From NCBI GenBank assembly GCA_034660175.1, contig JAYEIQ010000009.1:9726-73725 (forward strand): a stretch of 64,000 nt of DNA, in the 5' to 3' direction. The translations under genes and the position numbers were made by a program. This document shows positions 9,068 through 15,753 of this stretch, piece after piece; position 1 is the stretch's first letter, and each line of letters opens with the position of its first letter. The notes under the pieces were generated by a model, which saw only the letters and a list, made by a program, of their open reading frames with translations, was not told the origin of the DNA and ran no database searches. Origin of the DNA: Patescibacteria group bacterium (GTDB lineage: Bacteria > Patescibacteriota > Minisyncoccia > Moranbacterales > DUUL01).

Positions 9068-9547
9068 ATGGACTTAAGTAATCAACTTCCAGGATACAAT
9101 AATCAACAGGATATGTCAACAAAAATAAAGAAGTTTTGGATGGAGCATGACCAAAAGGTGTTGATTGTGTTGGTCTTGATTTTGACAGCCGTTGTAAGTT
9201 TTCGAGCAGGCCAAATAGATGAAAAAACAAAAAAATCAGCTGAAATTGATGTTTCCTTGAACCAGCTCGCTGCTGCTAACCCAAAACAGGAGAAATTATT
9301 AGCTCTTGGAGGAGCGGTGGCACGAAAAGGTATCAATGTGGTTGTTTCAGGAGAAAACACTGAGAATATTGCGAATGATGGAACTAAAAAGGAATGTGTG
9401 TTAGTTGGCTCAAAAAACTCCAACAAATATCATCAATCAACATGCAGATGGGCTGAGCAAATAAAGCCAGAAAACAGGGTTTGCTTTTCTTCTGTTGAGG
9501 ATGCCCAAAACAAAGGATATAAAGCAGCAAAATGTTGCAATAAGTAA
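9068..9547 (+). CDS. Membrane-anchored protein with a C-terminal Ada-like metal-binding domain
   Basis: TM segment VLIVLVLILTAVVSF, then VGSKNSNKYHxxxCxxxxxIKPENRVCFxSxEDAxxxGY..C; start may be ATG 9113. Confidence 0.75.
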   Translation: MDLSNQLPGYNNQQDMSTKIKKFWMEHDQKVLIVLVLILTAVVSFRAGQIDEKTKKSAEIDVSLNQLAAANPKQEKLLALGGAVARKGINVVVSGENTENIANDGTKKECVLVGSKNSNKYHQSTCRWAEQIKPENRVCFSSVEDAQNKGYKAAKCCNK

Positions 9548-9590
9548 TTTTTGTTGTTGCAACAAGGAAAAAAATAATAAAAAACAAGAA

Positions 9591-10295
9591 ATGAAAAAAG
9601 AATTGATAGTTGTTTCACTGGGTGGTTCTCTTATTGTTCCTGAGGAAGTTGATTGGATGTTTTTGAGAAAATTTCGTGAGTTAATCATAAAACAAATTCG
9701 CAAAGGGAAAAAATTTGTGATCATTACTGGAGGAGGAAACACAGCAAGAAAATACCAAAGTTCCGCAGAAAAAGTAACTAGGCTTACTAGGGATGACATG
9801 GATTGGATTGGGATTCACTCAACAAGACTGAATGCTCATTTGATTAAAACGATTTTTAGAAAATATGCTCATCCTAGAATTAATAAAAATCCTCGCACAA
9901 AAGAAAACCTGAAACAACATTTTAGAGGAGGGGAGAAAATAATGGTTGCTGCTGGTTGGAGACCAGGATGGTCTACTGATTACGTGGCAACAATATTGGC
10001 CGAGAGACTTGGTGCAAAAACAGTAATCAATCTTTCCAATATCAAGTATGTATATAACAAGGATCCAAAGAAATTCAAGGACGCAAAAAAGATAACAGAA
10101 ATTTCATGGAAGGATTTTCGGAAGATCGTTGGCAATAAATGGGATCCGGGACTCAATGCTCCTTTTGATCCTGTTGCTTCAAAACTTGCACAAGAATTGG
10201 GATTGAAGGTTGTTATTGCAGAGGGAAAGAATATCAAGAATTTGGAAAAGATCTTTAGAGGAGAGACATTTCAGGGGACTGTGATTGAAGACTAA
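9591..10295 (+). CDS. pyrH: UMP kinase, archaeal-type
   Basis: VVSLGGSLIVP, ITGGGNTARKY, DWIGIHSTRLNA, PGWSTD, YNKDPKK and PFDPVA. Confidence 0.93.
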   Translation: MKKELIVVSLGGSLIVPEEVDWMFLRKFRELIIKQIRKGKKFVIITGGGNTARKYQSSAEKVTRLTRDDMDWIGIHSTRLNAHLIKTIFRKYAHPRINKNPRTKENLKQHFRGGEKIMVAAGWRPGWSTDYVATILAERLGAKTVINLSNIKYVYNKDPKKFKDAKKITEISWKDFRKIVGNKWDPGLNAPFDPVASKLAQELGLKVVIAEGKNIKNLEKIFRGETFQGTVIED

Positions 10296-10327
10296 TAATA
10301 TAAATAAACAATAAGCAACATTCGCAA

Positions 10328-10355
10328 TTTAGTCGCTACCATAGTAGCGACTAAA
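10328..10355. promoter_or_regulatory. Perfect 12-bp inverted repeat, possible operator
   Basis: TTTAGTCGCTAC-CATA-GTAGCGACTAAA, ending 9 bp before ATG 10365. Confidence 0.6.
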
Positions 10356-10364
10356 CCCAGCAAC

Positions 10365-10523
10365 ATGAAAACAATAAAAATTCGAAAATCAAATAATTAT
10401 AGCTACACTATAACCGTTCCAAAAGAATTTATTAAAAAATATGGCTGGAGAGAACGACAAAAACTAGTTGTGAAAGATAAGGGGCGTGGCGTTCTTGAAG
10501 TTAGGGATTGGAGGAAGAAATAA
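10365..10523 (+). CDS. AbrB/MazE/SpoVT-like small DNA-binding protein, 52 aa (not in the ORF track)
   Basis: Translated by hand: MKTIKIRKSNNYSYTITVPKEFIKKYGWRERQKLVVKDKGRGVLEVRDWRKK, with the swapped-hairpin pattern SYTITVPK...GW....L.V. Confidence 0.75.
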   Translation: MKTIKIRKSNNYSYTITVPKEFIKKYGWRERQKLVVKDKGRGVLEVRDWRKK

Positions 10524-10530
10524 TAAATAA

Positions 10531-10689
10531 AACATTATAAAGAAAAAGGGATTTATTATTGACAATGATTATTCCAAATTAACCAATCGAGCCAAGTCGA
10601 CAAGAAGTCTTGATTTTAGAAAGCTGATTAGCTCAAGCTTGATTATTAAAGTTGGCAAAGGCAAGGCTATTTATTACAAGATAAAATAA
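10531..10689 (+). pseudogene. Start-less remnant resembling the C-terminal winged-HTH tail of a Fic-family protein
   Basis: NIIKKKGFIIDNDYSKLTNRAKSTRSLDFRKLISSSLIIKVGKGKAIYYKIK*; no ATG, preceded by an in-frame TAA. Confidence 0.55.
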
Positions 10690-10765
10690 CTTTTCATATA
10701 TTAAAATATCAACTTTTGTAGATTACGTTGGTTGTTTCTATTTCAGAATATTCAATTCCTATATT

Positions 10766-10791
10766 AAACCTGCCTGCCGGCAGGCAGGTTT
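10766..10791. repeat. 26-bp perfect GC-rich palindrome, REP-like
   Basis: AAACCTGCCTGCCGGCAGGCAGGTTT is its own reverse complement. Confidence 0.9.
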
Positions 10792-10846
10792 CTACTTTTA
10801 TAGATGGCAATAATGCAGTACCAGCCAAGAATTTCCTAATTAAAAC

Positions 10847-10875
10847 TTGATTTATCCTATTTTTTGTAGCATACT
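10847..10875 (+). promoter_or_regulatory. Putative sigma70 promoter for the small-peptide unit
   Basis: TTGATT, 17 bp, CATACT. Confidence 0.55.
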
Positions 10876-10944
10876 TAATCAGGAGGGAAACTAGAATGAG
10901 AAGAAGCTACTAAGAAAAAATTCTGCTTAAAAGGAGGTGGAAAA

Positions 10945-11073
10945 ATGTATTATACAGGTGTAGTTCTGTATACTTTATTTTATTCAGCTATTTCTCCAAT
11001 TCTTCCAAAGAAGGTTAGGAGATGGATGAGGGATTACATCGAAAGATTGCCAATGAGTGAGATGAGAAAATAG
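10945..11073 (+). CDS. 42-aa small protein with hydrophobic N-half and basic C-half (not in the ORF track)
   Basis: Consensus SD AAGGAGGTG (10931-10939) before the ATG; MYYTGVVLYTLFYSAISPILPKKVRRWMRDYIERLPMSEMRK; terminator follows. Confidence 0.6.
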   Translation: MYYTGVVLYTLFYSAISPILPKKVRRWMRDYIERLPMSEMRK

Positions 11074-11087
11074 ATCTCTATTGGCGC

Positions 11088-11114
11088 AAAAAGGCTGAAA
11101 TTCAGCCTTTTTTT
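11088..11114 (+). terminator. Intrinsic terminator, possibly bidirectional
   Basis: AAAAAGGCTGAAATTCAGCCTTTTTTT. Confidence 0.8.
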
Positions 11115-11180
11115 ATTGGTTCTATATCCATATTTTTGTTGGTAAATCAAGAAATGTGATATAATTCAATATTAATATAC

Positions 11181-11603
11181 TTGAAACACATGGAAAAAAG
11201 TTTACTTAAGCAATCTTTTCAAAAAGCCATTCAGTCTTTTAAAGTTTCTTTGCCGATGATGTTTGGAATTTTATTGCTGATCAGTCTTTTGAGTACAGGC
11301 TGGCAAGGGTATTACGAGCGTATTTTTACCGGTAATGTGTTTTTAGATCCGTTGATTGGCGCTTTAGCTGGCAGTATCTCTTTCGGTATGCCAATAGTAA
11401 GTTATGTTGCTGCTGGAGAATTGTTAGAGCAGGGAATCGGCTTATTGGCAGCAACGGCGTTCATATTGACGTGGACTACCGTTGGCATAGCTATGTTGCC
11501 GTTAGAAGCTAAATTTTTGGGCTGGCGATTTGCTTTGGTAAGAAATGCTGTCAACTTTATTTTTGCCATTGTGATTGCTATCTTAACTGTTTATACAATT
11601 TAG
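11181..11603 (+). CDS. Predicted permease, first half (ArsP/DUF318-like)
   Basis: LIGALAGSISFGMPIVSY and TWTTVGIAMLPLEAKFLGWRFALVRN; TGnTATAAT at 11157-11165; likely start ATG 11190. Confidence 0.7.
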   Translation: MKHMEKSLLKQSFQKAIQSFKVSLPMMFGILLLISLLSTGWQGYYERIFTGNVFLDPLIGALAGSISFGMPIVSYVAAGELLEQGIGLLAATAFILTWTTVGIAMLPLEAKFLGWRFALVRNAVNFIFAIVIAILTVYTI

Positions 11604-11607
11604 GATA

Positions 11608-12147
11608 ATGAACGATCAAATAAAAAAACAGAAGATAGGTGGTGGTACAAAGTTTTTAATGGCAGTTTTGATTTTATACGCGGTTATGGCCTTGTCTAAT
11701 TTTCAATTTGCGTCTGAAGCTTTTTTAAGTTTTTTGCATATGTTAGTCCGTATCATCCCCATTTTAATGGTGGTGTTTTTTGTGATGATGGGAATCAATC
11801 TCTATTTTATTCCAGAGAGAGTTAAGAAATATTTAGGCCATGGTTCTGGTCTTAGCGGGTGGCTGTACGCGATTATTTTCGGAATTTTAATTTCCGCACC
11901 GCCGTATATATTTTTTCCGCTTTTGGGGAGATTAAAAGAGCGCGGAATGAAAAATTCCTTAATAGCGGTAATTCTATACAATAGAAACGTAAAAATACCA
12001 TTTTTGCCGGTAATGGTATTTTATTTTGGCTTAAGTTTCACTGTTGCCGTTTCCGTATTTATAATTTTCTTTTCTATTTTAAACGGCTTGTTGTTAGGAT
12101 GGTGGGTAGCGGACAATCAAAAAATTTATAATGAAGAGGTCAAGTAG
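11608..12147 (+). CDS. Predicted permease, second half (ArsP/DUF318-like)
   Basis: KKYLGHGSGLSGW, GILISAPPYIFFPLL and LYNRNVKIP; paired with the preceding ORF. Confidence 0.7.
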   Translation: MNDQIKKQKIGGGTKFLMAVLILYAVMALSNFQFASEAFLSFLHMLVRIIPILMVVFFVMMGINLYFIPERVKKYLGHGSGLSGWLYAIIFGILISAPPYIFFPLLGRLKERGMKNSLIAVILYNRNVKIPFLPVMVFYFGLSFTVAVSVFIIFFSILNGLLLGWWVADNQKIYNEEVK

Positions 12148-12164
12148 TCGTTTCTGCTTAGTTC

Positions 12165-13304
12165 CTATTTTTTCTTTATACTCAAACCCCAGCTTTCTCT
12201 GGCAAGCTCGCGTGTTTTTTCTATCTCTTTTTTTGTTGAAGAATCCAGTGTCTCCATAACTTTTTTCAATTGTACTTGGTTTAGTTTGACAACCTTATCC
12301 CACAAGTCATTCCTTTGTAAAATGTTTTTCACTTTATCTTCATCAAAAGCATATGTTTTGCGTGAGGTTTTAGCGATGATCTTGCTGTCGCTAAACAAAC
12401 GCTCTACGCCTTCTTGTTCCATGAGTTGAATGAGCTGTTGCTTTAGTTGAGCGACCTTCTTTCGATCCTCTTTCATTTTTTCAATAAGTTCAACGAATTG
12501 TTTGATGGTCTTTTTTTGATCTATTGAAATGTTTTCTTTGTCCTGCTTGAATTTATGTTTCCACATAGGACAGATGTTTTGATATCCGCACCAATCACAA
12601 AGCGGACCAACTGTAGCAGGGAAGTCAGATGATTCTATGGTCTCTATTGTCTCGAGTACTTCATTAACTCCTTCTTCTAGTTGAGCCGATGTTTTTATTG
12701 TTGAAAGTCTTATTCCATGGTGAAGAAAGAAAAGAGAGAGTTTTATTTTTGAAAGATCAGTTTCTTTCGGATAGCGTTTCAAAAAAGCAAGGAGATAGAT
12801 CAGGAGTTGTAAGTTCTCATCGATAGTGCTTTGAGGTGGAAGTTTTTTGGAGGTTTTATAATCAATTATTTCAAATCCTTCCTCAGTCTTATCGATCCTA
12901 TCAATAAATCCGCTGACAAGATGATTTTCTTTCTTTTTCTTGTTCTCAATCTCAATAGTGAAGCGTGACTCAATGGAAACTATTTTGGTTTGATTGGGAT
13001 CATTCTTCTTGTAATACTCCTGGACCATTCTTATTCCTTGCGCAAAAGCAACGCGTTCCCTGATTTCATCTTCAAAGATTTCGCTGTTCCAGTTCGAAGA
13101 AAAATAATTCAATGCTTCTTTGATTGTGGGGAAGACGAAGTCTCCAGTGTGGATGAACTTCATTGTTGAGTGAACGAGGGTTCCAAAAACTGCCTCGGGA
13201 CTTTTTGGGGTTTTTATCTTGTCTATTACTTGAAATTTATATTTCAGCGGACAAGTCTTGAAAGTATTCAGGGCAGAGAAGGAGGTGTTCATGTTTGTCG
13301 ACAA
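12165..13304 (-). CDS. PD-(D/E)XK RecB-family nuclease (Cas4/AddB-like, probable 4Fe-4S) with a C-terminal extension
   Basis: SFSALNTFKTCP, GTLVH, GFIDRID, IIDYKT, QLLIY and CDWCGYQNICP; likely start ATG 13292. Confidence 0.88.
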   Translation of the reverse strand: MSTNMNTSFSALNTFKTCPLKYKFQVIDKIKTPKSPEAVFGTLVHSTMKFIHTGDFVFPTIKEALNYFSSNWNSEIFEDEIRERVAFAQGIRMVQEYYKKNDPNQTKIVSIESRFTIEIENKKKKENHLVSGFIDRIDKTEEGFEIIDYKTSKKLPPQSTIDENLQLLIYLLAFLKRYPKETDLSKIKLSLFFLHHGIRLSTIKTSAQLEEGVNEVLETIETIESSDFPATVGPLCDWCGYQNICPMWKHKFKQDKENISIDQKKTIKQFVELIEKMKEDRKKVAQLKQQLIQLMEQEGVERLFSDSKIIAKTSRKTYAFDEDKVKNILQRNDLWDKVVKLNQVQLKKVMETLDSSTKKEIEKTRELARESWGLSIKKK

Positions 13305-13367
13305 TGATTGTTTGGGTAATTTATTCTAACAAATAACTGTTAAAAGGGAAGTGGAAGTGATAAAAAA

Positions 13368-13796
13368 TTAATTTGCATGTTTGACGTCAACCACTACCCC
13401 ATGGACTTTAATATTTTCATCGGGACAGAGCCATCCAGAAATTCTTGAGTCATATGAAATTTCTTTGTTGTCTCCCATGAGCCAATAGCATCCGCCCAGA
13501 TTGATTTTGTAAATTCTTTTTGTGAGGGCAAAGTCTCCAGTATACCCATCACAAGAAACACAATCAAATATGATCGCATCTCCTATTGCAGGGGAGATCT
13601 TTGTGTCAACGGTCAATTCATCACCATCAAAGAATGTTGGCTCCATTGAACTTCCAGAGCCAATAAAAGTTTGATAGCGTGAAGCAGGAATGTATTTGAA
13701 AACAATCACAACAGCAACTGCCAATATGAAGAGTGTGACGACATAGAATTCTTTCGAAAAGCCTGTTAGGTCTGTTTTTTGAGGGGAGTGCTTCAT
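13368..13796 (-). CDS. Minimal S26 signal peptidase I-like protein
   Basis: One TM segment, GSSMEPT (Ser), LTKRI (Lys) and GDNKEISYDSR. Confidence 0.8.
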   Translation of the reverse strand: MKHSPQKTDLTGFSKEFYVVTLFILAVAVVIVFKYIPASRYQTFIGSGSSMEPTFFDGDELTVDTKISPAIGDAIIFDCVSCDGYTGDFALTKRIYKINLGGCYWLMGDNKEISYDSRISGWLCPDENIKVHGVVVDVKHAN

Positions 13797-13819
13797 AACG
13801 ATGTTGGGCTAAATATACA

Positions 13820-13847
13820 ATGTCGCACAATGTATATTATGCGACAA
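13820..13847. other. dif-like tyrosine recombinase site (11-6-11)
   Basis: ATGTCGCACAA-TGTATA-TTATGCGACAA; near-palindromic arms and the same spacer as E. coli dif (GGTGCGCATAA-TGTATA-TTATGTTAAAT). Confidence 0.65.
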
Positions 13848-14009
13848 TACTTATAATAAAGTCCCCTGCTTGAGCCAAAAAAGTCGGGGGATAAGAATGT
13901 GACATAAATGGTGTCTCAGGTACTCTTCTGTTGCCCTCAGAGAGAAAAAGAAGCAAAAGTTGGTGCTACCTACCTACCTCTAACGTTGGTTCGTTTGTGA
14001 TGAAAAAGG

Positions 14010-14240
14010 TCAGCGATCAAGATTATTTTCATCCAAAGATTTCATTTGAGTTTCCAGGCTCTTTGTTTGTTGTTGCAAATGTTTTTCGATGTTTTCTATT
14101 TGATCTTTGACATTGTCCTTGGTCTCCTTTGCTTGTTTTACCCTATTCATATAGACTCCTCCCATCAAAAGCCCGAGGATCAAAATAACAAGAATGATCG
14201 ATATCAGAAGAAAACCTTTTTGGTTGTTTTTCGAATGCAT
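14010..14240 (-). CDS. Short type IV prepilin-like protein
   Basis: NNQKG|FLLISIILVILILGLLMGG class III signal-like N-terminus with Ser instead of Glu at +5; helical C-terminus. Confidence 0.6.
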   Translation of the reverse strand: MHSKNNQKGFLLISIILVILILGLLMGGVYMNRVKQAKETKDNVKDQIENIEKHLQQQTKSLETQMKSLDENNLDR

Positions 14241-14339
14241 ATGGTAGTAGCTCCCTTCTTTGTTGCAAGCCTAAGATCTTGAAGGGGAATTAATGTAAAA
14301 AATAAAAGGATTGATTAAGTTTATAAATAAAAATATTAC

Positions 14340-14368
14340 CACTTCCCTGGAATTATTTCAGGGAAGTG
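14340..14368 (-). terminator. Stem-loop after the C39-like gene
   Basis: CACTTCCCTGGAAT-T-ATTTCAGGGAAGTG next to the stop codon. Confidence 0.6.
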
Positions 14369-15694
14369 CTAATCTTTATAAATCAACATTTGATCAATTG
14401 TTGTTGAGCTGTCATATATTGCTCCCACCAAGTCCTTTGTTGTGTCGAGGTAAAGATTTGGACCAAAGAGGGGATCATGCACAATATATTTTCCGTTTTT
14501 ATCTCTGCCATGTATTACAACATAGTGTCCTGCCCCAGTACGTGCGCGGACAAAGACGATCACTGGGCGATCTTTTTTTAGTTCTTTTTTGACTCTATTC
14601 CAATCAACATTGCCGTGTGATTTTGAGGATGTTAACTCTAGTCCCTTCCAGTTTTCAGGCCACACGATCAAATCTCTATAAAAAATTGGTTGACTGGAGA
14701 GCTTTCCTGGGGTGATGTCTTCATCATAATAGGTAAAAACCATAGAGAGGGCTGTTACAGCGCATCCATAGTCTTTCATGAGTGATGAGGAAAGTCCGAT
14801 TCTTTTATATCCCCACTTAGTATCATTTTGTGCATAATACCATTTTGTGGAAGCTGTGCCACTTGTAGGTTTCTTAGCTTTCTTCAAAATATCATCAAGT
14901 TCTTCCCTTTTTTCATCAGACAGACTCTCAATGTCACCAATCAATTCTTTTTTTTGTTCTTCAACGCGTTTCAGAAGCACTTGATATTTAGACTCTTCGC
15001 CATGTGTCTTATTGAGGAGGATTTTTTTTGAAACTTTTTCATTTCCAAGATAGAAAACTTTTTCTTTAATGTCTGTCTCTTTCGCTTTGAGTTGTTCAGT
15101 TTTTTCCTTGTATTCCGATTGTTTTATTTCCAGTTCCGTTTTCTTCTTTTTTACATCCTGAAGAATTTCTTCAACTTTTTGAGAGGTTTGATCAATATAT
15201 TCTGATTGATTCAGGACCGAAGAAATTCCACTTTTGTCACTCCCCAAAAATTCAATTGCAAATTCTTGATCAATTTGGTGGTATATTCTAATCATCTCAC
15301 CTAAATTATCTTTAACCATATTCAGTTCATCGTTGGTTTGATCAATTTGTCTTTGAATTTGATCCAGTTCGGATTTGTTGCGATTCAGGTCTTTTTGTGT
15401 TATCAAAATTTCGTTCTCAAAATTATCAATCTGAATGTCCATCATTTTTAATTGATTTTGAAGCGTCATTTGCTGTTGATGTTTGAGATTGATCATCCTT
15501 TGATAGTTGCGTGCTTTTTGTTCTAGTGATTCAAGCTCTCCCTCTTTTTTCTCCAGTTTTTCATTATCAGATGCTGCTTTGACAGGTCGTGAACTTTCTT
15601 GAGAAAAAAAAGATAAAGCTACAAGAACAACAAAAAAAGCCAAAAAAAAGATGGTTTTTACTGCAAACTTGTCTATTGCTTTTTTTGTATTCAT
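14369..15694 (-). CDS. Exported coiled-coil protein with a C-terminal C39-like peptidase domain (probable cell-wall hydrolase)
   Basis: Signal/TM segment, long CwlO-like coiled coil, YYAQNDxxW, YGCAVTALSM, GHYVVI and HDP (Cys-His-Asp); ATG 15694. Confidence 0.8.
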   Translation of the reverse strand: MNTKKAIDKFAVKTIFFLAFFVVLVALSFFSQESSRPVKAASDNEKLEKKEGELESLEQKARNYQRMINLKHQQQMTLQNQLKMMDIQIDNFENEILITQKDLNRNKSELDQIQRQIDQTNDELNMVKDNLGEMIRIYHQIDQEFAIEFLGSDKSGISSVLNQSEYIDQTSQKVEEILQDVKKKKTELEIKQSEYKEKTEQLKAKETDIKEKVFYLGNEKVSKKILLNKTHGEESKYQVLLKRVEEQKKELIGDIESLSDEKREELDDILKKAKKPTSGTASTKWYYAQNDTKWGYKRIGLSSSLMKDYGCAVTALSMVFTYYDEDITPGKLSSQPIFYRDLIVWPENWKGLELTSSKSHGNVDWNRVKKELKKDRPVIVFVRARTGAGHYVVIHGRDKNGKYIVHDPLFGPNLYLDTTKDLVGAIYDSSTTIDQMLIYKD

Positions 15695-15724
15695 TTTGTT
15701 TTTTAGAAAGATTCCAGCACAATA

Positions 15725-15753
15725 ATTATAGCATAAATAAGCATAAAAATCAA
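15725..15753 (-). promoter_or_regulatory. Sigma70 promoter for the C39-like gene
   Basis: Minus strand TTGATT, 17 bp, TATAAT with extended TG. Confidence 0.65.

Noticed and set aside
12147-12165. Switch from plus- to minus-strand genes as the replication terminus
   Set aside because: Orientation flips again near 34 kb and 49 kb, and by eye the codon-ending bias does not reverse; a real skew calculation is needed.
12165-13304. Nuclease as evidence of a CRISPR-Cas locus
   Set aside because: No cas1, cas2 or array in the window; solo Cas4-like nucleases are common.
10328-13847. Shared GTCGC...GCGAC core between the 10328 palindrome and the dif-like site as one recombination pair
   Set aside because: Inner spacing differs (10 vs 14 nt) and the 10328 element lacks the AA-N6-TT dif layout.
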